Below, one piece after another: positions 38,873-50,930 of a stretch of 64,000 nucleotides of DNA. Both the position numbers and the translations under genes were made by a program. Within the stretch, counting starts at the first letter, position 1, and each line of letters starts with the position of its first letter. The stretch spans positions 1 through 64,000 of the forward strand of contig CAUYUJ010000153.1 in NCBI GenBank assembly GCA_963575745.1, read 5' to 3'. This DNA comes from Prorocentrum cordatum. Lineage: Eukaryota. The notes under the pieces are model-generated. The model did not search any database, was not told the origin of the DNA, and saw nothing but the letters and a program-made list of their open reading frames with translations.

Positions 38873-41382
38873 ATGACCTCCAAGCGTGAACTGAACATAC
38901 AGAATGTCGCTGGGGAGATGCATGCAATCAAGGCTGCGCATGAGCAGCCAGACGCCCCCGTTGTTTCGTTGTTCGAAGAGGTATGCGCCATAGCGCAGCG
39001 GCCTGGCATCGATTGCATCAGGATGGAGAGGATGCATAGCAAATACATGTTCGTTGGCATGGAAAACAGGTATGGGGATGGGGTTGTCCCGAGCGATGTG
39101 CTAGATCTCATCGTAAAAATATTCAAGAACAGTTTCAAGAACTCGGCCCTTCAAAATCCAGTGCGCATGGAATTGCAAACAGGCTCGGCGGAATATGAGA
39201 AGGTCAAAACGTTCAACGATAAGATAATGAAAGATTCTGCTGGCCAAATGCCTTTTTATGAATGCGAAGCTAAATTCGCAAACTACACGTGTGGACATAC
39301 GAGCATGGGGTTGCGTCGTTTATATGCAGAAGTTTCCGTGTCGCAGAAAGATCCAGAACGATTCGACCGGATTTCGCAAGATGGGTTTCTTTCAATGAAG
39401 AAGTTGAGGGAAGCGCAGCCCGACTACGCAAAGGCTTGCGATGAGGGCATTGAATGGAAGGTCTTTCGGTATGAATTTGTCAAAGCGTTCCCTTGGAATT
39501 GAACCTTGCCCAGGAAGCAGGCAATGCGGGGCAACAGATCGCACGTTGCGAGTCCCGATTGAGCCTGAAGTTCAAGATCGCATCCATTGTGAACCGCTTG
39601 GCTAACCAAGGAGGCAAGATCGATTGGCCGAGGGCCATCCAAGAGGCGACTCGCGCGGGTTCCCTCTTCCCTGGGGAAATCGACGGATTGGTAACGCATG
39701 CGAAAGAGATGTCGGGTGGTCTGGGCGAGCCAATTTTCCTCAGCGAGTTGCGGGACTTCTCACGGCAATTAACTGCCCAGTGCGTGGTCACAGGCGCCAT
39801 GGCGAAGACCTCGCCGAAGTGAAGATCAAAAACGAGGGGGCTGCAGCGACATTCAAACTCGCATGCATGAAAGCCATGACGGCCGCGAGTGGCAAGTACG
39901 CCAGGGACGGCCATCATATGCTCTCAAGGCCAGGTGACGTGTTCGCGCTGTCTGGTGACAAGAAGGCTACAATTGCTCTGCATGCGGATGAGTTCTTGCA
40001 GAAGGTGCGAGAGGTCGCAAAAAAAAGGCGTTACGCGAGACACGCTCGCATGCGGCACCATCGTCGGGTTGACTGATGTTCGCGTCGTGCAATTCGTATT
40101 CAACAAACCAGATGAACGATTGGGCAGCGCCAAAATGTTGCCAGATATTGGCGCCAGCTTCTGCGTTGGCAACGCATGTGGGCAAACCAATGGAAAGCCC
40201 ATGGGGGGGTCAAGGCCGCCCCTGCAGCAGCGCCCAAAACGGCTACAAGCTAGGGTGTGAAGGAGCATGCGGCGACAGGCGCATGGTCCAACCAGGCAGA
40301 TAAGTTGTCGGAGAGAGGCTGCGTGTCGAAAGCAAAGCTCTGTTTGGCGAAGGGTGACGTCAGGGACAGCGCGTTCGAGTTCGTTGGGGTCGATGCGAAG
40401 GGTGTGAAGTTGATGATCGGGTGTAAGACAGTGGTTGAGAGCATTGACGAGATGCGAAATGGGAAAAACGTCTTGGGCACGACTAAGGACAGCTAGGGCA
40501 ACATGCGATCTCGTCGCAATCCGACCTTCAATTGTTTTGACGACGCCTCTCTATATATACATATATATATACACATATATACACCCGTCCTCTATTGCAT
40601 CTGTCTATCCATCTCTAGACATATATCATTCTTCCCATCCCTCTATCGTTCCCCCTCTCGCTCTCTGTCTATGTTTCCCCCGCTCTATGTATTTTTAACA
40701 ATCCATTCGTCCATCCAATGCTATGCTTCTCGCATGCCCCCCCCATCCTTCCCAGGAAATAATCGAAAAGTTTGCTGACCACGGCCCCATTATGAGCGTC
40801 GACTGGCAGTGGTCAATTGAGGAGGCGAAAATCAGAATCGCCTTGGACGACATGTACGCCCAGCATTCAGATTGCTTGAAGGGCACCACTGGCGTAACAT
40901 CGCTTGTTAAGTATCGGTCTATCACTACCACGTGCGCATTCAAAGCAGGAGAGATAGTGCTTGCCCCACCCACTGCGAGCATCGTCATGCAATAATCCAA
41001 CGAAAACTCACCAAACCGGAGCGTGTTTGCGAAGTCGCACGAGGACCTCAAAGGCACCATTTTCAACATCGTGTTGCTCCCCACTGGCGGCGTGAAGATG
41101 CCCAAGGTGCAGGCGATTACGAGTGTAGGGGGGCTGGCAAAGGCCCCTGGCTCCTTAGTCATTCCATGTTGGTTCGTGCAAGAGTCGGCCCCCAAACGCA
41201 ATGCAAACGTGAAGGTCGTGACCATGAGGTCCGATGTGATGCCGTCTGCGTCTGCGCAGGTGCTGACCAACAAAAGCGACGTCGCGAAGGGAGACGCGCT
41301 GATCGCACCGCTGGCATCGCTTATGCCAAAGCGCAAGGCCGAGGATGCGCCTGCGCCCGCAATGAAGAAGTCTAGGAAGTGA
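38873..41382 (+). pseudogene. Disrupted gene: ParB/Srx-like N-terminus and SET-like C-terminus, probable intron ~40497-40755
   Basis: Successive protein-like ORFs; ENRYGDGVVPSDVLDLIVKIF, TCGHTSMGLR, LAQEAGN; after acceptor cccag|G at 40756: RSITTTCAFKAGEIVLAP ... IPCWFVQ...NANV...VLTNKSDVAKGDAL; several frameshifts and one stop. Confidence 0.55.
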
Positions 41383-41537
41383 CGATGTATGCATACATCT
41401 ACGCAGTACTTATAAACGCGCGTTCGATTGCAATATATGGCCATTTGCAAAACGTCGCTCCACCCTCCCATGTCGGCAAACGCAGTGCCATGAGTTATCG
41501 CTCACATATCGCATGGACGTCGGCAATCGTTGCCTTG

Positions 41538-41559
41538 TCCGTAGGCGTTTCCGCTCGAG
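41538..41559 (+). other. DinoSL-like relic
   Basis: TCCGTAGGCGTTTCCGCTCGAG: 17/22 ungapped identity to TCCGTAGCCATTTTGGCTCAAG, 15 nt before ATG at 41575. Confidence 0.75.
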
Positions 41560-41574
41560 TTTTGGTTTGCAATC

Positions 41575-42402
41575 ATGCCCGCGACTGTGCAAATGCGCAC
41601 TGTCATCGAGGGGGGCGCATTGGAAGACCCATGGGCCCCCAGACAGATTATCCAAGCGGCTGGGTCGCTATTCTTGGAGCTGTCGAAGAGCGATCGCAAG
41701 CTTCAGAACTTCATCGGAGCCCCGAACCCCACAAAGTCAAACGCCCCCCTAGCGCACAACGCTTTCTTTGGTGATCTGATGTAGATGAGGAACGCCGCAT
41801 GTGTCGATGCGATCTGGCAACACATGAAAGAGACAGACCCGTTGCTTCAGGACGGTGCCGATAAGGCCTCGATCGTCAAGATCAATCGGGGTATACTCGA
41901 TGCATCTCTGATGCCAGAGACCGTGACTGCAACGTTCCCAGCGGTGGAGTGCACGCGCAGCGGCCAGCACTTAAAGCACGATGCTATCCCGTTGGCGTTT
42001 CTGTTCGAGTCAAAGGCGTGCAATAAGGTCTCGATCGCGTGTGCACCTGCTGCTATGGAGAACGTGCGCGTTGCAGCGGTGGCTGCAGCGATCGACGCGC
42101 ATAACCGAGAGAAGCGAGCCAGGTCCACGTCTGGCGTCACTGGCGTTTGCGACAAGCGTCGCAACACAGTGTTCATGACGATACGTGGCACAGACGACAT
42201 GCCGCAACGGGTGCAATCTAAAGCCGATGATTGGGAACCAGCATACATTGCTCAAGCTGCACAAAGTCTTCGGGGCAACATCACACCTGCCACCGAGGGG
42301 AACGATATGGTTGACGATGATGATGGCGACGGTTCGCCTGCTGACCAACCTGGCGAAGATTCGCCTACGCGCGGCGTCGATCCAAAGAACGCGGCCGAGT
42401 GA
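41575..42402 (+). pseudogene. Hypothetical ~275 aa protein with one in-frame stop (41782-41784)
   Basis: ORFs 41575..41784 and 41785..42402 are in the same frame and protein-like, with an acidic tail. Confidence 0.65.
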
Positions 42403-42488
42403 TCGCGACTAGCACGCGCTCGCTCGCTCACCGTCCGACTCCCATCTCATCCCCATCCCCCTCCCTTTTCTATATCGCTCCTCGAGCA

Positions 42489-43013
42489 TCAGCCCGAACT
42501 ATCAGATTCTGGAGTGCCAGATTCGTGCACCATCACGTCTGAGTCAGAAGCGCCAGTGACCTTGCTCGCGACAACGCTCACGATGCTGCCGTCCGCACTC
42601 TTGTCACTGCGGGCGTCGATGCCCTTGCCACAGTCGTAGGCGCCGCCCTTGCCACCGTCGTAGTCGCTGCCTCCACCGTCGTAGTAGCCCGTGTCGCTGC
42701 CCGCGGGCGTGTCACCGTCGTGGGTGCGGCAGCCCTTGCCGCCGTCGTAGTAGCCATTGACGCCGTCGTGGTAGCCCTTGCCGCCGTCGTGGTAGCCCTT
42801 GTCGCCGTCGTGGCAGCCCGTGTCGCCGTCGTATCCGCTGCCCTTGTCACCGTCATAGTTGCCGCCCTGCACACTTTTATTCTTGTGCCACTCGATGTGC
42901 TTCGTCTGCTGCTAGTACGTTCCATTGTGGGGGCAAAACATGAAGCATTCACGCCCACCCACAGCGCGGAGACATACTCTGAAATGTTGTCTCCGCGCTG
43001 TGTCGGGCACGCC
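42489..43013 (-). pseudogene. Exon-like remnant encoding (Y/H)DG(G/D)KG repeats
   Basis: GYHDGGKG-type 21-nt repeats; possible acceptor ctgccag|G near 43013; internal stop. Confidence 0.4.
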
Positions 43014-45345
43014 TGGCAGAGGTGAGTGACTACATGCATTGTCATCCTCCTCCGTCCTCCTCCCCCCTCCTCCGCTCGCCCTCTTCCTCCCTCTTCAATC
43101 TTTTCATCTCCAGCATTCCTATACACATCCTCATTATTCCCCTCCGCATCATGAATTCCCTCACCATCATCATCCTCAATTCCTCCTCATCTTCATCCTA
43201 TCCGTTACTTTTCCTCCTCCTCCTCACCTCCGTCCTGCTCAGTCCTGCCACTCCTGGTCACCCGTCGTGTTATGCCTCTTCGTCTTTTGCGTGCGTTGCT
43301 GCTTCGAGCTGCTTCTCTGGCCGCCATCGTCGCCGCCGACTCGCCGCCGCGCCGCGTCGCCATCGCCGCCCGTCGTCGCCGCCGAGTCGTAAGCCGTCGT
43401 AGCCGCACCACCGTCGACGTCATCGTCGACGCCGCGTACGCCGTCGCCCATCGTCTCATCGCCCCTTCGCCTCGTCTCATCGTCTCATCGCCCCTTCGCC
43501 GCCGTCTCATCTCATCGCCCCTTTGCCGCCGTCTCATCGTCTAATCAACGCTTCATCGTCTCATCGTCTCATCGCTCATCGCCCCTTCGCCGCCGTCGTC
43601 GCTGCCGATTCGACGCCGCGCCGCCGCCATCGTCCACGAGAGGCTGGCCGGCCGTCGTCAGCACCGGCGGTGGGGCCGTCGCCGCCAGGAGGAGGAAAAG
43701 GAGAATGAGGAGGAGGAGGAGGAGGAGAGGAGGAGGAGGAGGAGGAGATAGGGGAGGCCCAAGGGAGGAGGAGGAGGAGGAGGAGGAGGAGGAGGAGGAG
43801 GAGGAGGACGAGGAGGAGGACGGCCGCCATCATCATCGCCGCCGGCCGCCGCGTTCTCGGCGCAACGCGGCAGCGCGTGGCGCGCGGGGCAGCCCCCTGC
43901 CAGCGCGCCCACGGCGCCGCTCCTAGCGTCGGGGCAGGGCCAGGGCTGAGAGGAGGGGGATGACTCGGATGACGATGGAGACTCTGAGGAAGGAGGTGAA
44001 AGGATGAGGAGAAGGAGGAGGAGGAGGAGGAGGAGGAGGTAAGAGGAGGAGGAGGAGGAGGAGGAGGAGGTGAGGAGCGAGGGAGGAGGAGGAAAAGGAG
44101 GAGGAGGAGGAGGGGGAGGAAGAGGATGAGGATGTGAGAGGAGGAGGGAGGGAGGTGAAGGGCGAGGGGGAGGAGGAGGAGGAGGAGGAGGAGGAGCTGA
44201 GGAGGAGGAGGGCCGACGACGACGCCGATGATGACAGGTAACCAGGTAACCAGGACGATCGATGGTGATGTTGACGGTGGTGGTGATGACGATGGTGGTG
44301 TACTGTGACGCGTTGTTGAGATCGATTGTGCTCGTTAATGCTGCACTGGCGGCGGCGAGCGATGGAGCGATGATGAAGATGAACGTGAGATGGGCTCGTT
44401 GCTCGCACCATCGCGACCTGACATCAGGCCGCCTCAGGCCCTTCAGGGCCCTTAAGGCCGACCTACCGCGCGCCGAGCCGCGCCCCCGGGCTCTCCCGAG
44501 GCGGCCCGAGGCGGTCTCGAGGCGACAGCGCGGCGACAGCGACAGCCCGCGCCACGCGCGGGTTACCCAAACGCGCGGCGAGCTGGCTCGGCCGTCGGGC
44601 CGTCTGCTCGGCGCAGAGATCTCGTCAGCAAATACACAACAAAAACATGCAATCCCATCGAGTCGCTGGCAAGCGAAGCTGTTGTGTTGTTGTGCGTGCG
44701 TGTGCGTCGTGCGCGCGTGCCCTGAGAAGTCGAGGCGGGACGAGGATAGATAGCGCATGGCATGTGGCCGACCCGACTCATCATGTCCGCCGAGCCGGCA
44801 CGCGGACAGCGGAACGGAGGGCAGGATCTGCCGCAGGCTCGGCGACGTGCAAACAAGTTAATTACATATGATGGCATGGGCGTCGCCCAACCCACGAGCG
44901 CCAGATCGCGCGCCAATCAGAGGACACTGAATGAGAAAACGCAGAGGTGGAGGAAGACCAGGAGGGGGGGGACGAAGAGGAGGAGGAGGGCGAGGAGGAG
45001 GAAGAGGAGGAGGAGGAGGAGGAGGAGGAGGAGGAGGAGGAGGAGGAGGAGGAGGAGGAGGGATGAGGCTGAGGCGTTGGAGGTGAAATTTGATGGGAGG
45101 GGGTGGGCTCTGAGAGGAGTAAAGGGACAGAAGGGCCTTCGGACCTTCGGAGGACCTGAGTATACGCACTGCGCCACCGTCTTGGAAGGCCTCCCGCCTC
45201 GGCCGCCTCGACTCCCATTCCACCGTCTTCCTCCTCGTAGTTCTCTTCCACTCTTCTACCTCGTCCTAGTCCTCCTCGTCCTCCTCCTCCTCGTCATCCT
45301 CCGCCTATCCTATCCCCCTCCCTCCTCCAGCCGAGGGCCGATAGC

Positions 45346-48300
45346 CTATCGCAAGAGGTGCTTGCCCACGGCGAGACCCCTGCTCTTGGCCTTAGCCTCG
45401 GGCTTCGGCGCGGGGGGCGATCCGCCAGCCTTCTGCGCTGCGATGGCGCCCAAACGCTCCTGGATAGCTTTCGCAGAAGGCCCAGAGCACACTGCGGCAG
45501 CGCCACTGAGGTCTGCTGCTGCAGCAGACCGCTTGGCGCCAGTCTGGCGCCCCTCGGTCGCAGCAGCGAACCGCTTCAAAACAAAAGGCGCCCCGGGCGT
45601 CGCTGTCGCCCCCACCCGCGCGGCCAATGGCGCGAGGTGGGGCGCCGTCATGTCGATGCGGAGCGAGTCCGCGACGTCGCGGGCGCACGGGTACAGCGAG
45701 AGCGCGTCCAGGTACACGACCTTGTGGGTGTAGGTCAACTCCACGTTCGCCTCTGCCTCCTTGGGCGTGGTGCCGACCATCCAGGCTGGGACGGGGCATT
45801 CCGACGTGGTCTTAGAGCGCGCATCCCCGTGCAACCGCACGTCAGAGCCGAGGGCGGTGGCAAGCTTGAAACTCTTCTTGGTCGGCGGCGACTGCCAGAG
45901 CTGCACGCTTCCAGCAAACACAAAGTTCAACTTCGCCGTGATCTCGAGCGCAACTGGCTCACCACCCTTCTTGGACAAGTCAATGGCGACGGCCTCGGCG
46001 AAACAGCTCGGGTCGACCATGTCCCAAACGATCTTCTCGAGGGCGCGCTGGGCGCGCCCCAGATAGCACGCGCCCACTCTAACCTGATCAATGAAAGACA
46101 ACAGCGAAGGCGAAGGTACGAGCAGGACTCCTACTCATACCTTCGCCTTCGCCTCATGCCCATCCTTGGCTTCCCCTTTTCTTCTCCCACCGCTCCTGCC
46201 GCTCCTACTCAGTAGGAGGGATGTATAATGAAGGAGCCTCCATGCCGCCCTCCTTGAGGATGGGGGCGTCGGCGAGCTCGTAGATGTCTGCGAGCGTCAT
46301 GATGGGAGTGGGCAGCGCCGCAACCTGGGACTCCTGCGCTGCGGCGGCCACTACAGCGCTGGCAGACTGAGGCTCCTGAGTCTGCGAAGAAGCCTGCGTG
46401 TCCGACGACGGCGTGGCGATCGGCGTCCTCGAGGGCTTGTGGCGGGTCCTCAGGTCCGCCATGACCGCGCGTAGTTGTCGGTGGAGGCCTCTGCGAGCTT
46501 CCCGATGGCATCGACCCAGAATCTCACCCATGCGTCCTCGGAGTCCTGGCAGGCATCGATATCACAAAGAGCGACAGCTACAGTCTGGATGTTCATGCTG
46601 GCGAGGGCGGTCTTCATGCAGACGCCGCACGGCTTTGCCATGAGCGCTGGTGGCCCGCACGTCGACGCCACCACTGCGAGCACGTACTCGCCACGCATGT
46701 GGCTTGCATCGACGGCCTTCTTGAAGTTGGCGAAGACGCTGGTGATGACTGAAGGCGCTTCGCCGCTGTGTTCTGCAGCCGCAACCACTGTGTCCGCTGC
46801 GGTATTGATCCACTCGGGGTCGACGTGCTTCTTCACTGCCGCCCAGATATACGCCATGAGCTGAGGCAGCTGCAATGGCAGCCCCGTTCCGCCCTCCCTC
46901 GGACGAGGCAGCTCGGAGCACAAGTCCTGGACGATCCTCATGTACGCAACGTGCATGGGGAGCGGGACGCCAGGGGGGGTTATTGGCCAAGAACGCCTTC
47001 AGCCCGTCAACCATGGCGGGCTCATCCATGAAGATGGCAATCCTACTCGAAGACTCGTTCAATGACTCCTTCTCGTCATCATCCAAGGAGGTCCCGCTCA
47101 TGATGCGCTCGATCACAGCCGCCGCTTGGTCACGGCCGCCGACGCCCGAGTTGCCAGCCGGCGGGGCGTTCAAGAGCGCATCGACAATCAGGCGCTGCAG
47201 CTGGGGTCGCACTCTGCCACAGCTCGTGTAGGTCTTGTTGTTGAGCGTCAGCGTGGCTGCAAAACAGAATTCCAATGATAACGACGCGACCTTGCGGATC
47301 AGAGCTGTCTGGCTGGTAGAGAGAAGCTTGTCGGTGACACCGAAGGCGTCGACGATGCGAATGCTGTGCTCGATCAGGCGCCACACGTCGTCAGCGAAGC
47401 AAGCGAGCTGCGGTTCCGAACCAGCTGTCAAGGTGGTCAAGGTGTCGAACTGTTCCTGTGGCACCGTCAGGTCTGGAAACGTCTTCAGGAGCTCCCCCTT
47501 CAGCTCGAACTGCGGCTTCTTCGTATACACCTTGCTCTCGGCCATCGGAGTGAGAATGTACCGCGCCGCCTCGACGTCGAACTTGTCGAAGATCCAAGGA
47601 GGAGTGCCGTCTCCAGTGTCGCCGAGAGGGACACAGAACTTCAAGGTCTCAAACGCCGTCGTCTTGAGCTGCGCCGCTGTCAAGCCCCCCTCCAAGTTGC
47701 CGCCGGCCAACAGGGTCGAGATGCCGTGCAACACCTTGACGCTGACCTCCGTGCTGAAACGCTCACTGAGGAAGTTGCATTTCGCCTGGTAGAACTGGAA
47801 GAACTCGTCCTTGAGCCCGAACTTGTTAAGATTGTGCTCGAAGATCTTGGCGGCGTCGAAGACCTGAAACGTGGTGAACTTCCCGCCGAAGTTCATGGGT
47901 ATCCAGCGCCAGTACGACTGCTCGTAGGTCAGCTTCTTGGTCTCCATGAGGTTGGTATCTTTATTCTTGATCTGAACCGTCTCACCCATGCGGGAGGCCA
48001 CGCCTTTCTGCTTCTTGTAGACGAGCCATTTTGCCTCGATATCAGGCGTCTCACTGATCATCTCACAGAAGGAATATCGAGCACCTTTGTGGAACTCGCT
48101 GTGGTACTGCATCAACCACAGCAAGACGACAACGGGCGTGTTGTGAACGAAGATAGTGCAGTCCGTCAAGCCAGTGCGCAGCGCAAGCTGAATGTACTCG
48201 TTCTTGTCGTGGATGGTCTCCTCCACGGCCCTGTAGAAGGCGCGCTGCTACGGGCTGATACGGTTGTGATAAGTTAAAACCACCTCACCTCAGCCTCACA

Positions 48301-49068
48301 CCCGTGCTAAACAAAACTACCCCCTGGAGCCCCCTGGAGTCCTGGAGTCAACCCATCCTGGAGTCCTGGAGTCCTGGAGTCCACTTATCCTCCTCATCAT
48401 CCCCTCCTTCCCTCCGCCTCCTCTCCTCGCCCTCCCCGTCTGGGGAGAGAAAGGCTTTTGATTAACGCCAGCCGTGGGGTCGGCCTGGCTCCTCATCGCC
48501 CTCATCCCTCTGGCGTCCTTCTTCCTCTCTCTATCTCCTGCTCATCCTCCTCCTACCTACTACCTACCCCGCCTCATATCATCTTATCCTCGGCATTTGT
48601 TCCATCCAACCTGGTGCCCCACGTGATGGCCCTGAGCGGGTAGCCGGCGGGCGTGTTCGACTTCGCCAGCCACGCGGAGCCCGAGACTCCGCGCACGACG
48701 CCCTTGGTCTTACACCCAGTGCAGTACTCTAGCTCAACCTGCATGTGGCGCCGCGTGTTCAGCTCGTGCGTGACAATGGAGCGGTCCTCGCCTGTGAACC
48801 ATGGAACAGTCGTCTGCGTCGCGCAACTGTAGAGGCTCAGGCAACGCTCGAGCCGCACCGCCCCATCGTTCTCACCGACGAGGTCAACGATGCTGATCGT
48901 CGGGTCGTTGCCGTGCAGGATTGCCGCCGCCGTCGTTGCATCTGCTGGGCGCGCCGCCGCGCCGCTGCCAGCTGACCCGTCGCCGATGCCGCCGACGCTG
49001 CCAAGGCTGGGCGCGCGGGATGGCGACGCCACCGGCCTGGCGGCAGCAGCGGCGGCCTCGGAGGCCAT
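45346..49068 (-). pseudogene. Large intron-containing, frameshifted gene: ParB/Srx-like N-terminus, C-terminal VPAWMV...AN (SET-like) domain
   Basis: ATG at 49068; intron 48610-48231 (AG|GT...CAG|G, restores frame: ITWGTRAVEE); ORF 46562..48226; frameshifts ~46975 and ~46475; second intron ending at 46084; last exon ECPVPAWMV...EANVEL...KHLLR*. Confidence 0.6.
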
Positions 49069-49146
49069 AGCAGCGCACCGGCTCTCTCGAAAGGGCGAGG
49101 CCACACGGGGCGAGGAGGGCGCCCGGGCACGAGCCAGCAATCGAAT

Positions 49147-49169
49147 GGGAAACCAAAATGGCTGCAGGA
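49147..49169 (-). other. DinoSL-like relic
   Basis: Minus strand TCCtgcAGCCATTTTGGtttcc (11 nt exact core), ~80 nt before ATG at 49068. Confidence 0.55.
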
Positions 49170-50930
49170 CTCCTGCAGTCGGTCAGTCGCAGCAGGCAGG
49201 GAGCGACGCGAAGGGATATGCAGTTATGCAGGGGGGCCAGGGAGCGGGGAGATAGGAGAGGCATCGTAGGAATGAATGGAATAGTACAGGAAGGAAGAGG
49301 AAATCAAGAAGGAGGGAAAGAAGGATGGATAATGATGGACAGGAATTAAGAAAGGTGGAGGCACGAGCATAGCACTGTTAAGTTAAGTAGGAATACGGGG
49401 CCAGAGAGTTCTAGAGGTCAGAATACATTTAGGGAGCCGCGCATGGGGGAATGAGATTTGTCCTGGACGAGGTCATGCGCACGTTGTTGGGGGGTCGCCA
49501 CACGTTCTTGGATCCGAACAGCTGGGCGCGAATAGAAAGGGCGGCTTCTACTACTTTGGCTACGTCTGTTACTTCTACTGCTAAGTACGTATCATATCCC
49601 TACTACTGCTACTACTACTACTACTTCTTCTACTTCTACTACTACTACAGCTACAACTAGTACAACTGAAACTGCAACATCACCAACTCCTCCTCCCCCT
49701 CCTCCTCCTCCTACTACCTTACTACTACCACTGCTCCGACAAGGAGGAGGAGGGGGAGGACACGCATCCCTCCCCTCCTCCTTCTAGGTCACTCTCCTCA
49801 TTATCCTCATGGTTGTCCCTCCTCATCTCCTTCATCCTTCTTCTCCTCCTCCTCCTCCTCCTCCTCTCCTCCTCCTCCTCCTCCTTCTCCTCCCCCCCCC
49901 TCCTCCTCCTCTTGGCACTGGCGCCTCTTTAACCAAGGCCGCCTTCCGCATCGCCACGTCCGCGCCCCCTCCTCTGCCCCCCCCCCCCCCCCCTCATCCC
50001 TCCGGACTCGTCCACCTGGGCCCCTCGCGCCTCCTCTGGCAAGGCACGGCGCGCGGGCGCCGCGAGCCTTCCCGGCCGCCGGCTGGCGCCGGCGCCGCCG
50101 CCAGCAGCAGCTGCGCTGCAGCAGCAGCCCGCCCGCGGGCGCCAGCGGCGCCCGGGGCGCCCTGGCGGCGCCGCGCAGGGGGAGGGGGAGGTCAGGGCAA
50201 GGACGAGGAGGAGGAGGAGGAGGAGGAGGAGGAGAAGGAGGAGGAGGAGGAGGAAGAGAAGGAGGAGAGGGGGAGGAGGAGGAGGAGGAGGAGGAGGAGG
50301 AGGAGGAGGAGGAGGGGGGAGGAGGGGGAGGAGGAGGAGGAGGAGGAGGAGGAGGTGGAGCAAACAGCAAACAGGTTTGCCCCATGGGCCCCGGGAGTGA
50401 GGAGGAGGCGGGGGTGAGGAGGAGGAGGCGGGGGGGGGGGGTGCGGGATTCCACTGGCCTCATCAAGTCGGAATTCCAAGGATGTCTGCGCTGTTTGGGT
50501 ACTTATGTGCGTTGCCAGGGCCCCACAATACACGTAGAAGGAGAGAGTTAGTAGAGAGCTGATAGGTCGAAGGTCGATTCAGTTCGATTGGCCATGGGGC
50601 AGAGGAGGAGAAGGAGGTGGAGGAGGAGGGGGAGTCGTGGGGATGGATGCTCTCTCCTCACTGGTGTTCTTATCTCCCCTCGTTGCAGCATGATGGTGGA
50701 TGTTTTTGTTACCCTGCGGCTGTAGCAGCTCACCCATGCGCCTGCGGCGTGTTTTCACACGCAAGGGCCGTGAGCCAAACTGGACAAATTGCCCAACGCA
50801 CATCATCCCGCCTGCCTGCCCATCCCGCATCCACTCATCCACTACTACCCAACTACTAGCTACCTAACTACCTACCCACCCGCCGCCCCATAGCGGCCAC
50901 GCTTCCCCGGACGAGCCGTTCAGAGCAGAG

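Noticed and set aside
47366..48277. Plus-strand 303 aa ORF (and similar antisense ORFs over the DIRS)
   Set aside because: Antisense shadows of GC3-rich minus-strand coding sequence
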